From NCBI GenBank assembly GCA_945862025.1, contig CAMAWU010000001.1:2947-66946 (forward strand): 64,000 nt of DNA. Reading direction: 5' to 3'. The stretch comes from Ferrithrix thermotolerans DSM 19514. Its GTDB lineage: Bacteria > Actinomycetota > Acidimicrobiia > Acidimicrobiales > Ilumatobacteraceae. The notes under the pieces were generated by a model that had not been told where the DNA came from, searched no databases, and was given only the letters and a program-made list of their open reading frames with translations. Shown piece after piece: positions 20,958 through 31,010 of this stretch; the first letter of the stretch is position 1, and the number at the start of each line of letters is the position of its first letter. The position numbers were made by a program, and so were the translations under genes.

Positions 20958-21625
20958 CCAGCATCACCACGATCAGGAATACCAGTGAGTCGAGGTGCAA
21001 CGCGTGTTTTATAACGAACATTTAATTGCAACAACACGGCGGTGAAGGCTTCAATCGCTAACGCATTTGAGAGAGTGCCTGCATTAAGCGGTCTACAGCC
21101 AGGAATCTTTGCAACCATCTCGCAGATCACAGCCGTCGCAGTCGGGTCGTCAGAGCAAATTAAAACATCGCTATCAACTTCATGCGTCAAATTACCGAGT
21201 TCAGTGGCTGGCAAATGTTGAAATGCTGCAACCACACGGGACAACCGAATCTCGGCTTGAATGTGTGCTGCGATGCTTCCGCGCGGTGGCACAAGTGGTT
21301 GAAATTCTTTTCCAACACGAACCAGAGCATTAGCCATTGTCACAACTATTTTGCCGACTAATTCTTTTGTGTGGTCGTTAACTATCGCTGCCGCTGAATC
21401 CCACGGAGTTGCAATCACGATGAGTTCGCAATTCGCTGCAGTGTGATTGTCGCCACCATTTAGATTCAATTCAAAATTTGGCCACTTGCGCGCAAGATCA
21501 GCGCAGATCGACGAAGCACGCTGTGGATCTCGCGATCCGAGAACAACTTCGTAGCCAACTGAAGCCAATCGCAAACCTAGGGCGCTTCCCGCGGGGCCAG
21601 TTCCACCGAGAATACCGATCCGCAT
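20954..21625 (-). CDS. npdG: NADPH-dependent F420 reductase (NpdG-like)
   Basis: Rossmann N-terminus MRIGILGGTGPAGSALGLRLASVGYEVVLGSRD. About 220 aa. Stop overlaps the mshC start (ATGA). ATG 21625 preferred over TTG 21634. Confidence 0.75.
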   Translation of the reverse strand: MRIGILGGTGPAGSALGLRLASVGYEVVLGSRDPQRASSICADLARKWPNFELNLNGGDNHTAANCELIVIATPWDSAAAIVNDHTKELVGKIVVTMANALVRVGKEFQPLVPPRGSIAAHIQAEIRLSRVVAAFQHLPATELGNLTHEVDSDVLICSDDPTATAVICEMVAKIPGCRPLNAGTLSNALAIEAFTAVLLQLNVRYKTRVAPRLTGIPDRGDAG

Positions 21626-21743
21626 GACACGCAACGCTATCTAGATTGTTCGCTTGCTAGCGAACCATAAAAGCGCCGTGTGTTTTAAAGATTGATTGCA
21701 CAGGCTCAATGAAACTGCTCGCCAATCAACTACCGTTTAACTG

Positions 21744-22511
21744 ATGGGAATTCTCGATGGAAAAAATATTGTCATAACTGGGGTGCTAACTGATGCCTCA
21801 TTGGCCTTCGGCGTCGCGCAACTCGCACAACATGAGGGGGCAAATGTCGTGTTGACTGGTGCCGGTCGTGGCTTGTCGATTACACAACGCACTGCTAGAA
21901 AGTTAGAAAAACCAGCACCAGTTGTTGAGTTTGACGTAACCGTAGATGAACATACGCAAAGCGCTCGTGACGAAGTCAAACAACACCTCGGAGTTGTTGA
22001 TGGCGTGTTGCATTCAATTGGTTTTGCACCAGCTGCTTGTCTCGGCGACGATTTTATGGCGGCCAGTTGGGCTGATGTTGCAGTGGCGATGCAAATATCT
22101 GCATACTCGTTGAAGACACTTGCAGAGTCATTCACTCCGTTGATGACAAACGGGGGCTCAATCGTTGGTCTTGATTTTGACAACACTGTTGCTTGGCCTG
22201 CATATAACTGGATGGGTGTTGCGAAGTCGGCGCTTGAGAGCACTAACCGCTACTTGGCCAAGGCTCTCGGAGCGAAACAAATTCGTTGCAACCTGATTGC
22301 TGCTGGCCCAATTCGCACAATGGCGGCAAAGTCAATCCCGACTTTCGGATCGTTTGAAGACGTGTGGGGTGAGCGCGCACCACTTGGATGGAATGTCAAC
22401 GACTCGAACTGTGTCGCTCGTAGTTGCGTGGCAATGCTTAGTGACTGGTTTCCTGCGACAACCGGGGAGATCGTGCATGTGGATGGTGGTTTTCACGCGA
22501 TGGGTGCGTAA
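21744..22511 (+). CDS. fabI: Enoyl-[acyl-carrier-protein] reductase (NADH), FabI/InhA type
   Basis: 255 aa. GKNIVITGVLTDASLAFGVAQ, the HSIGFAP region, the MGVAKSALES catalytic Lys context and IHVDGGFHAMG. Confidence 0.9.
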   Translation: MGILDGKNIVITGVLTDASLAFGVAQLAQHEGANVVLTGAGRGLSITQRTARKLEKPAPVVEFDVTVDEHTQSARDEVKQHLGVVDGVLHSIGFAPAACLGDDFMAASWADVAVAMQISAYSLKTLAESFTPLMTNGGSIVGLDFDNTVAWPAYNWMGVAKSALESTNRYLAKALGAKQIRCNLIAAGPIRTMAAKSIPTFGSFEDVWGERAPLGWNVNDSNCVARSCVAMLSDWFPATTGEIVHVDGGFHAMGA

Positions 22512-24113
22512 TTGAAAAAAAATAATTTATTGAAACTTTTAATTGCCGCTACAACTTTATTTTCATTATTTTTCGCAAGTTCGCCTGCACTGGCGACAAC
22601 ATCGGCATCAATCACAGCGTCTACTGAACAGAATGCACAAGTTTCAGCGCAAGTTGAGGCAATCGGCGTCGATGCAGGATACGAATCGCAATGGGGACTA
22701 CAAATAATCCACGCCAACGAAGTTTGGGGCGTCTCAACTGGCGCAAATGTAATTGTCGCCGTAATTGACTCAGGGTCTGGACCGAACAACGACCTTCTGC
22801 AAAATATTTTGCCTGGTCGCTCAATTATTCGCGGTCGAACTTTTGAAGGCGGAAATGACGTCGACTCAATTGGACACGGAACACATGTTGCTGGAATCAT
22901 TGCGGCACAATCAAACAATGACATCGGCATCGCTGGTGTGGCTCCAAGTGCGAAGATTCTTCCGATTCGAGTACTCGACAGCAATGGCGACGGTTCAGAG
23001 AGCGATGTCGCGCTTGCGATTCGATTCGCCATTGAAAGTGGTGCACGGGTAATCAACCTTTCACTGGGCGGCATCGGTCAATCAGAAACATTGCAAAGCG
23101 CCATTCGATTGGCCGCTGAAAGAAATGTGTTGGTCGTAGCAGCCGCAGGAAACGCGGGCCCAACCGCTGCGACTACTTATCCAGCAGGAAATGATCAAAC
23201 ACTCGCAGTAACCGCAGTAGACCAAACGATGACTGCGCCATCATTTACACAACGCGGAAGTTACATCGATATTGCAGCACCAGGTATCGGAATTTGTTCG
23301 ACTGTCAGAATCGGCGCTCGCATTGACTCGACGCGCAGTTGCATCAGTTTTACCGAGCCATATATAACAATGAATGGCACATCAATGGCAGCAGCATTTA
23401 TCAGCGGCGTAGCAGCATTGATCATTGCTGCAAACCCTGCGCTGACTGCTGTTCAAGTTCGCGAAGTGATTCTGGCAACCGCCACCGATATCGGCGAACC
23501 AGGTCGAGATGAAGTTTTCGGCGCGGGTCTCGTAAATGTGTATGCAATTTTTAGAGCACTTGGATATCTGGCGAACGAAACTGCATATCCGACGTTCTCA
23601 CCCTTGGCTCGAATTGGTGTCGAAATTGTTGCCAGTACTTTGCAATTACCGAAATCAGAAAGATTGCAATGGTATCGATGTAGTTCTCCTGGCGAAGCAA
23701 CTCTGACAGTTCCTGTTGACTGTGTTGCTATTGCTCAGTCGCAAGAACTCAAATATACGCCAACACTAAATGACCTTGGTTCATTTTTGCGCCTAGGAGA
23801 TTTAGTAACGCTTGGCGGAACACCACAAATTCGATTCTCATCTTCAACAATGCGCGTCGCCGGGGTTTGGACATCGTCCTCAGCAATTGCAACTGGCACA
23901 AATATCGCCGTGAAAGACTTGGTGAGAAGTGTTTCGCGCGGCAAACCGAGTGCGCGAATTGTTTCTGGATCTTGCGAGCTAAAAAAAGGTTCCATAATAA
24001 TGTTCAAACAAGTTGGTAAATGCCAACTGCGGATAAGCGTCTCTTCAACCGCTAAATTTCCAAAATTAAGTAGCACGGTAATCGTTGATGTTGTTGAAGT
24101 GGCGAAGATTTAA
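22512..24113 (+). CDS. Secreted subtilisin-like serine peptidase (S8 family) with C-terminal extension
   Basis: 533 aa. Signal peptide, then the catalytic triad contexts VAVIDSGSG (Asp), HGTHVAGIIAA (His) and GTSMAAAFISG (Ser). TTG start lies immediately after the fabI stop. About 180-aa C-terminal non-catalytic region. Confidence 0.85.
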   Translation: MKKNNLLKLLIAATTLFSLFFASSPALATTSASITASTEQNAQVSAQVEAIGVDAGYESQWGLQIIHANEVWGVSTGANVIVAVIDSGSGPNNDLLQNILPGRSIIRGRTFEGGNDVDSIGHGTHVAGIIAAQSNNDIGIAGVAPSAKILPIRVLDSNGDGSESDVALAIRFAIESGARVINLSLGGIGQSETLQSAIRLAAERNVLVVAAAGNAGPTAATTYPAGNDQTLAVTAVDQTMTAPSFTQRGSYIDIAAPGIGICSTVRIGARIDSTRSCISFTEPYITMNGTSMAAAFISGVAALIIAANPALTAVQVREVILATATDIGEPGRDEVFGAGLVNVYAIFRALGYLANETAYPTFSPLARIGVEIVASTLQLPKSERLQWYRCSSPGEATLTVPVDCVAIAQSQELKYTPTLNDLGSFLRLGDLVTLGGTPQIRFSSSTMRVAGVWTSSSAIATGTNIAVKDLVRSVSRGKPSARIVSGSCELKKGSIIMFKQVGKCQLRISVSSTAKFPKLSSTVIVDVVEVAKI

Positions 24114-24114
24114 A

Positions 24115-26109
24115 ATGCCAAATCAACTAGCGAATGAAACAAGTCCGTACCTTCGACAACATAAAGACAATCCAGTTGACTGGTTTAGTTGGGGCGAACA
24201 AGCTTTCGATTTAGCGAAACAACGTAATGTTCCGGTTCTACTTTCAGTCGGATACTCGGCTTGCCATTGGTGCCATGTAATGGCTCACGAATGCTTCGAA
24301 GATCTAGAAACTGCCGCTTTGATGAACGAACTGTTCGTGAATATCAAAGTCGACAGAGAAGAACGTCCAGATATTGACGCACTTTATATGGATGCGGTTC
24401 AAGCAATGTCTGGTCGCGGAGGCTGGCCGATGACGGTGTTTATGACTCCAGATGGTCTGCCATTTTTTGGTGGAACATATTTTCCAAAGCCCTCATTTAT
24501 TCAATTGATGAATGCAATTACCGAAGCGTGGCATAACCGCCGAGCAGATATTGACAACAATATTTCTTCTCTCGTCGAAGCACTTAGCCGCACCTCACAA
24601 ATTGCACCTGATGAGACTTTGCCGAAGATCGAATTATTTCATCAAGCAGTTAGCGATCTAAGTAAATCCTTTGATCCAAATTGGGGTGGCTTTAACAGCG
24701 CCCCGAAGTTTCCGAGCACGATGAACCTTGATCTACTAATTAGAAGTTATTTGAATGATGAAAGTGCAGTTACGCGCAACATCGTTACAACAACTTTAGA
24801 TGCAATGGCATCTGGAGGAATGTATGACCATCTAGGCGGAGGCTTTTCGCGATACAGCGTCGACGAGAAATGGCTTGTTCCGCATTTCGAAAAGATGCTG
24901 TACGACCAGGCTCTGCTTGTGAGGGTATACACACATGCTGCAGTCGCATTTAATGAGCCTCGTTGGAAACAAGTAGTTGAAGAAACTATCCATTACATTT
25001 TGCGCGATTTACGTCATCAACAGGGCGGGTTTTTCAGTGCACAAGATGCCGACTCGCTAGATGAAAACGGACATTCACATGAGGGACATTTCTATATTTT
25101 TACGCCGACGCAAGTTCGCGAAATTCTGCCAGCAGAACTAGTTGACGACGCACTTGAATGGTATGAGATCACTGCCGAAGGAAACTTTGAAGGATCGAAT
25201 ATTCCGACCCGTCTCAATCATCGCGGCGAATTCACGCGATCCGAAAAAATCGATGAAATTCGTAATCTACTTTTAGCTGCTCGCTCAAAACGCATTTGGC
25301 CACTGCTGGATGACAAAGTTTTAACTGAATGGAACGCAATGATGACATCCTCGCTGATTGAGGCTGCAGTTGTTTTCGATCGTGACGATTGGCTTGTCGC
25401 CGCAAAACGAAACTGCGAGTTTCTGTTGCGTGAACTGCGTGACCAATCGGGTAAGTGGTTTCGCAGTTGGCAGGAAGCGGGTCAACCCAAGGCACGACAT
25501 CGCGCCCTTGCAACTGATCTTGCGCATCTGGTTGATGCATTTACTCGGCTTGGTGAGGCAACGGGCGAAGCAGTCTGGATCAAGAACGCCTGCGATGTTG
25601 CCGACCAACTGCTGGCGAACTACTGGGACAACACCAACCTCGGATTGTTCACGATCGCCAACGATGCAGAGCAACTCGTGGTTCGCCAAAAAGATTTACT
25701 TGACAACGCAACGCCTTCTGCGAACTCAGTCGCTGCTAATTCGTTATTGCGACTAGCGGCATTAACTGGTTCGTCAAAATATGAATCTGCAGGCTTAGAC
25801 ATTTTGCGGTTATTCACAAAACTCGCCGCAAGTGCACCGAGCGCATTCGGCAATTTAGTAAATGCAATCCATCTACAGTGCATCGGCATCACAGAGATTG
25901 CTATCACTGGTACTCGCCCAGATCTTGTTGAATATGTGCAACGGCAATGGCTCCCAACTGCAGTAATTGCTTGGGGTGAAAAATATGAATCACCGCTATG
26001 GACAGACCGCCCACAAGGTTTTGCATTCGTATGCCAGAACTATGTGTGTGCCGCTCCGGCAAACACGATTGCCGAGTTCAACGCTGCGTTGCGTTCAAAT
26101 CTAAGTTAA
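24115..26109 (+). CDS. Thioredoxin-domain protein, DUF255/YyaL family (thioredoxin-like plus six-hairpin glycosidase-like domains)
   Basis: MPNQLANETSPYLRQHKDNPVDW and GYSACHWCHVMAHECFED are signature DUF255 sequence. ATG 24115 sits 1 nt after the S8 stop. Confidence 0.85.
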   Translation: MPNQLANETSPYLRQHKDNPVDWFSWGEQAFDLAKQRNVPVLLSVGYSACHWCHVMAHECFEDLETAALMNELFVNIKVDREERPDIDALYMDAVQAMSGRGGWPMTVFMTPDGLPFFGGTYFPKPSFIQLMNAITEAWHNRRADIDNNISSLVEALSRTSQIAPDETLPKIELFHQAVSDLSKSFDPNWGGFNSAPKFPSTMNLDLLIRSYLNDESAVTRNIVTTTLDAMASGGMYDHLGGGFSRYSVDEKWLVPHFEKMLYDQALLVRVYTHAAVAFNEPRWKQVVEETIHYILRDLRHQQGGFFSAQDADSLDENGHSHEGHFYIFTPTQVREILPAELVDDALEWYEITAEGNFEGSNIPTRLNHRGEFTRSEKIDEIRNLLLAARSKRIWPLLDDKVLTEWNAMMTSSLIEAAVVFDRDDWLVAAKRNCEFLLRELRDQSGKWFRSWQEAGQPKARHRALATDLAHLVDAFTRLGEATGEAVWIKNACDVADQLLANYWDNTNLGLFTIANDAEQLVVRQKDLLDNATPSANSVAANSLLRLAALTGSSKYESAGLDILRLFTKLAASAPSAFGNLVNAIHLQCIGITEIAITGTRPDLVEYVQRQWLPTAVIAWGEKYESPLWTDRPQGFAFVCQNYVCAAPANTIAEFNAALRSNLS

Positions 26110-26117
26110 CTCAGTTT

Positions 26118-26723
26118 CTACCACTCATTTAAATGAATGATCTGTGCTGGTTTGCGACGAAGTCGTTTTGCACTCGCGCCTCGGTCGCCTGCAGATTGAT
26201 GGAGTGGCCAACCCATCGCCACTGCACCAATGAGTTGCAACTCTCTAGGAACTTTTAATAATTCGCGCAACTTTGATTCGCCAGAAAAAACGCCAAAGAA
26301 TAATGCCCCCAAACCAACATCGTGCGCGGCTAATAACAGCGACATCGTGGCGAATGATGCATCAACTGTCCAATACGGAGTTGGCCATTTTGACTCATCA
26401 ACACCTAAACCGGTTGAAGATTTATCAGATTCGCTGTAACGCTGGATGTACGCTTTTGAATCGGCGAACACTAATCCGATTATCGGTGCATCAACAAGGT
26501 GTTTCCATCTAAACGACGAGCGTTTTTCAAGCGGCAATGTCACATCCCAGAACTTTGCCGTTTCTGCTCCTTGTAAAACCAAAAAGTGCCAGCCCTGCGT
26601 TTTGCCAGCCGAGGGCGACCATGAGGCAAGTTCAACTACTCGCTCAAGTAATTCAGGCGCAACAGGATCAGTGCGAAATGATCGCACCATTTTGCGTGAG
26701 CGAACGCAGTCCGCAAACTGCAT
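26118..26723 (-). CDS. Nitroreductase family protein
   Basis: 201 aa. The RSRKMVRSFRTDPV N-terminal motif and size fit the NADH oxidase/flavin reductase (nitroreductase) fold. Confidence 0.72.
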   Translation of the reverse strand: MQFADCVRSRKMVRSFRTDPVAPELLERVVELASWSPSAGKTQGWHFLVLQGAETAKFWDVTLPLEKRSSFRWKHLVDAPIIGLVFADSKAYIQRYSESDKSSTGLGVDESKWPTPYWTVDASFATMSLLLAAHDVGLGALFFGVFSGESKLRELLKVPRELQLIGAVAMGWPLHQSAGDRGASAKRLRRKPAQIIHLNEW

Positions 26724-26742
26724 GTCAATCTCCGAAATGCTC

Positions 26743-27399
26743 TTAGTGTTTGCCGAGCTTCAAAAGATTTTCAGTCATCGTCCAGCCGTGCACAACTAAC
26801 ACACCGGCTTTCTTGACTGAAACTGTTTTGAACATCGCATTAATCTCTGCTGGTGCCTTACCAGGCTTAAGGGATTCATAATCCATGAAACCACTTTGGC
26901 CATTGCTCTTAATCACGAACGATTGCTCGTCATATGTTGATTCACATCCGAATCGACGGGCAAGACGACGACCCCATGCCCGCTCTTCTCCGACCGCTCG
27001 GTGATCTGGGCGCGGGATCATCTCTGTGAGAGATTTAAATGCTTCAAGAGCGTCTGAGTCAACAAAACGAGAGCCAACAACAACATCTTCGTCAGGGAAT
27101 GCCATTAGTGCGCGGTGGTATGCCTCAGCCATCAAGCCTTTAAGAATTTGATCCCGTTTTGAAGTTTTCTTGACGCTCAGCATTCCTAATAAGACACAAG
27201 GTGTGCCACCGATTCGTTCAAGTGTCGAAAACATGAAACCATGCAATTTATTTTCGAGTCGAGCACTGGCAAACAGCACCCAATCTTCTTTTGCTTTAGA
27301 AATTGCTCCGATTCCAAACGAGCCACCCATGCTGGCGAGTTCATCAAGGTCTGTATCCATTAATGCAGAAGCATCTTTGGTCTTAACAACAAGCGACAT
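26743..27399 (-). CDS. Hypothetical protein (218 aa, cytoplasmic, no recognisable family)
   Basis: Only long ORF covering this interval. Same strand as the flanking genes, with normal composition. No motif I can assign. Confidence 0.5.
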   Translation of the reverse strand: MSLVVKTKDASALMDTDLDELASMGGSFGIGAISKAKEDWVLFASARLENKLHGFMFSTLERIGGTPCVLLGMLSVKKTSKRDQILKGLMAEAYHRALMAFPDEDVVVGSRFVDSDALEAFKSLTEMIPRPDHRAVGEERAWGRRLARRFGCESTYDEQSFVIKSNGQSGFMDYESLKPGKAPAEINAMFKTVSVKKAGVLVVHGWTMTENLLKLGKH

Positions 27400-27482
27400 A
27401 GCACTACTATTCTGCCAGCAAAAAACCTGATTTCCGATAGTGCGCGAAAATTAAATGCACAAAGCACATAAAAACAAACTAC

Positions 27483-30400
27483 TTAGCCGATATAAACAGA
27501 GTCTCCATAAGAAGCACGCAGACGACCCATTGCGCGATCAATGTCTACATTGAACTCGGAGCCCAATCGCAATGCCTTGCCACCAGGGATATGTAATTGT
27601 ACTGGAGTGTGGCCCGTGTGCTCTCGAAGCAGTTCTTGTAATTCGAAAATGTCTTCTTGCGAAAGCGAACTGCTTGATAGTTCAATGTGCAGGCTCATAT
27701 CACTCGCCCGCAATGGTTCAACAATGGTCAGTTCTTGGGCGTTGATCGTGGCCAGCGAATCATCGCGTTTATCGAGCCGACCGCGTACTATCACGATTGT
27801 GTCCTCTGCTATTAGATGACCAAACTTCTCGTAAGTCTTTGGAAAGACGGTCACCTCAATTGACCCCTGTAAATCTTCAATTTTGACAATCGCCATCTGA
27901 GCACCTTTACGGGTGAACTTGCGATCTACTGAAGTAATTACACCGCCCAACTTCAAGAAGGCACCGTCAACTTTTTCTTCAAGATCAACAAGCGAACAAT
28001 CAACACGTCTGCGAAGTTGACCCTCAACCCCGCGCAAAGGGTGATCAGAGACATACAAACCAAGCATCTCGCGCTCAATTTTCAATTGTTCTGATTTCTC
28101 ATAATTAATTTGTGGAATCTCAATCCGTTCGGAGAAGCCAGACCCACCGTCATTATTGTCACCAAACAAACTCATCACACCTTGGTCGCGCTCACGGCGT
28201 CGCGAAAGTGTGTTTTCAATGATTGGCTCGAATACTGCCAGTAAACCTTTTCGTGGGTGACCAAGCGAATCAAACGCCCCTGCCTTAATCAAAGACTCAA
28301 CTGTTCGTTTGTTAAGCGTTGAGATTGGGGCTCGATCGGCAAAGTCATAGAACGACGTGAACGGATCATTTTTGCGACGATACTCAACCAAGTTTGCAAC
28401 GAGGGCTTCACCAACATTGCGAATCGCCGATAATCCGAAACTAATTATCCGCTGATCGCCGTCAATTACCGGCACGAAATCAACACCCGAAGTATTGATG
28501 TCTGGTGTTCGCACGATGATGTCGTTCGATCGGGCGTCGGCAAGAAATACCGCAGCACGGTCGTAGTTTGCTTTAACACTTGTCAATAGACACGCCGTAT
28601 ATTCAACTGGGTAGTGAGCCTTGAGATAAGCAGTTTGATACGCAAGAAAGCCGTAGCCATATGCGTGACTCTTTCCGAATGCATAGTCAGCGAAGTGCTC
28701 AATCGCATCAAAAAGTTTTTCGCCTAATTCTTCGCCGTATCCAGTCGCGACACAACCGCTCTCAAAAACTTCCCGCTGCTTGGCCATATCTTCACGGTTC
28801 TTTTTGCCACAGGCCTTGCGAAGGTCGTCTGCTTTTTCAAGGCTATATCCAGCAAACTTCTGGGCTACGCGCATCATGCTCTCTTGATAAATCATCAAGC
28901 CATAGGTATCTCCAAGCAGTTCGGCGGCATCTGGGTGAAACAATTCTGGCTGTTTGCGTCCATTTTTATAGTCGGCGAAATCATTGTGCATATTCGCAGC
29001 CATTGGTCCAGGTCGGTACAACGCAACAATTGCTGCAAGATCATCTAGCGTGCTCGGCACAAGACTTCGAACCAACGCTCGAATATTCGTTGACTCAAGT
29101 TGGAATACACCGATGGTGTCGCCACGTCGCAATAAATCAAAAGTCTTTTCATCTTCAAACGAAACATTGTCAATATCAAAATCAGGATCACGAAGTTCCT
29201 GAATCATTTTGTTCGCATCGGTGATCACATCCAAGTTTCGCAATCCCAAAATATCCATTTTTAAAAGACCGAGCTCTTCAACGGCATGCATTTCATATTG
29301 CGTAACAATCGGTGCAAGTTCGGCATCTTGACCTGACTCGGCTTTGCGCTGTATCGGCAGGTACTCCGTAAGTTTTTCTTTGGTGATCACAACAGCCGCA
29401 GCGTGAATGCCGACATTGCGCTTTAGCCCTTCTAGACCGCGAGCCACGTCGAGAACGCGCTTGACATCAAGATCAAGATCATAAAGAGCGCGCAACTCAC
29501 TTGCGGCTTTATAGCCAGCAAGATGTTTTTCGTCTTCTTCAAAACAATATTTAAGTGGCGTGTCTCGACCCATCACAACTGGAGGCATCAATTTTGCAAT
29601 CTTGTCGCCTAACCCATATGGAAGTCCGAGAACGCGTGCGGCATCTCGCACCGAGTTGCGCGCCTTAATCGTGCCGAATGTAATTATCTGCGCAACATGG
29701 TCTCGACCATATTTTGTTGATGCATACCGAATCATCTCATCGCGGTATCGCGAGTCAAAGTCCATGTCAATATCAGGCATGCTTCGACGACCAGGGTTCA
29801 AGAATCTCTCGAACAATAAGTCGTAGCGAATTGGGTCAAGATCAGTGATCTGTAACGAATATGCAACAGCACACCCAGCAGCCGACCCACGACCAGGTCC
29901 AACACGAATTTCTTGTTGCCTGGCGTAACGCACTAGATCCCAAACGATCAAGAAATATGAACTGAAACCCATCGTCTTGATCGTCAACAACTCATAGGCA
30001 ACTCGCTCAACTACACCAGCAGAGAGTTTCTCGCCCCATCTCTTTTGAGCGCCGAGCCATGTCAAATGTTCGAGATAAGCATGGTCATCGGCGAACCCTT
30101 CAGGAATTGGAAAATCCGGCAACACCGGCACACCGAATTCGATCTCAACTTTTGCTCGCTCGGCGATCCAAAGTGTGTTGTCACACGCAGTTGGTTGTTC
30201 GCGAAATAGCCAACGCATTTCTTTGGCTGACTTCAAATAATGCTCTTGGCCCTCGAATTTCAAACGGTTTGGATCAGCGATTGTGCACCCGGTTTGCACA
30301 CACAACAAAGCGTCGTGGGCATGGCTGTCTTCGCGGTGGGTGTAGTGACAATCATTGGTTGCCAGCAACGGAGCGCCGAGTTTTTTACTGATCTCTATTA

Positions 30401-31010
30401 GTTTTGGATTCGTTTCAATCTGTAACGGGATTCCGTGATCTTGAAGTTCAATAAAAAAATTATCCTTGCCAAAAATGTCTTGAAGTCTGGCTGCAGTCTT
30501 TAACGCTTCTTCTTCTTTGCCATTCTTAAGTGCTTGCAACACATGGCCGCCCAGACAACCCGAAGTCGCAATCAATCCTTCGTGATATTTCGTTAGCAGC
30601 TCCCAATCCATACGCGGTTGGTAGTAGTAGCCCTCTAGGAATGCAAGACTCGCCAACTGGATCAAGTTTTTATAGCCAGTGTTATTTTCTGCGAGCAAAG
30701 TCAGGTGGTAGTAAAGCTTCTTTCCTGCTTCTGTATCGCCACCACTGTCATCGATCTTTCCGCGCCGTGTCGGGCGTTCGGTTCGAGTTTCATACGCCAT
30801 GTAAGCCTCGGTGCCAATAATTGGTTTGATCCCGCGCTTCGTGCACTCTTTATAAAAGTCAATGACGCCATACATATTTCCGTGATCGGTAATGCCAAGT
30901 GCGATTTGTGAGTCGTTGACCGCGCAGTCGACGAGTTCATCGAGCCGCGACGCGCCGTCAAGCATCGAAAATTCTGTATGAACATGGAGGTGAGTGAAGG
31001 AATCACCCAT
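27483..31010 (-). CDS. dnaE: DNA polymerase III subunit alpha
   Basis: 1175 aa. PHP domain FTHLHVHTEFSMLDG, the polymerase core and an OB-fold C-terminus. Confidence 0.97.
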   Translation of the reverse strand: MGDSFTHLHVHTEFSMLDGASRLDELVDCAVNDSQIALGITDHGNMYGVIDFYKECTKRGIKPIIGTEAYMAYETRTERPTRRGKIDDSGGDTEAGKKLYYHLTLLAENNTGYKNLIQLASLAFLEGYYYQPRMDWELLTKYHEGLIATSGCLGGHVLQALKNGKEEEALKTAARLQDIFGKDNFFIELQDHGIPLQIETNPKLIEISKKLGAPLLATNDCHYTHREDSHAHDALLCVQTGCTIADPNRLKFEGQEHYLKSAKEMRWLFREQPTACDNTLWIAERAKVEIEFGVPVLPDFPIPEGFADDHAYLEHLTWLGAQKRWGEKLSAGVVERVAYELLTIKTMGFSSYFLIVWDLVRYARQQEIRVGPGRGSAAGCAVAYSLQITDLDPIRYDLLFERFLNPGRRSMPDIDMDFDSRYRDEMIRYASTKYGRDHVAQIITFGTIKARNSVRDAARVLGLPYGLGDKIAKLMPPVVMGRDTPLKYCFEEDEKHLAGYKAASELRALYDLDLDVKRVLDVARGLEGLKRNVGIHAAAVVITKEKLTEYLPIQRKAESGQDAELAPIVTQYEMHAVEELGLLKMDILGLRNLDVITDANKMIQELRDPDFDIDNVSFEDEKTFDLLRRGDTIGVFQLESTNIRALVRSLVPSTLDDLAAIVALYRPGPMAANMHNDFADYKNGRKQPELFHPDAAELLGDTYGLMIYQESMMRVAQKFAGYSLEKADDLRKACGKKNREDMAKQREVFESGCVATGYGEELGEKLFDAIEHFADYAFGKSHAYGYGFLAYQTAYLKAHYPVEYTACLLTSVKANYDRAAVFLADARSNDIIVRTPDINTSGVDFVPVIDGDQRIISFGLSAIRNVGEALVANLVEYRRKNDPFTSFYDFADRAPISTLNKRTVESLIKAGAFDSLGHPRKGLLAVFEPIIENTLSRRRERDQGVMSLFGDNNDGGSGFSERIEIPQINYEKSEQLKIEREMLGLYVSDHPLRGVEGQLRRRVDCSLVDLEEKVDGAFLKLGGVITSVDRKFTRKGAQMAIVKIEDLQGSIEVTVFPKTYEKFGHLIAEDTIVIVRGRLDKRDDSLATINAQELTIVEPLRASDMSLHIELSSSSLSQEDIFELQELLREHTGHTPVQLHIPGGKALRLGSEFNVDIDRAMGRLRASYGDSVYIG

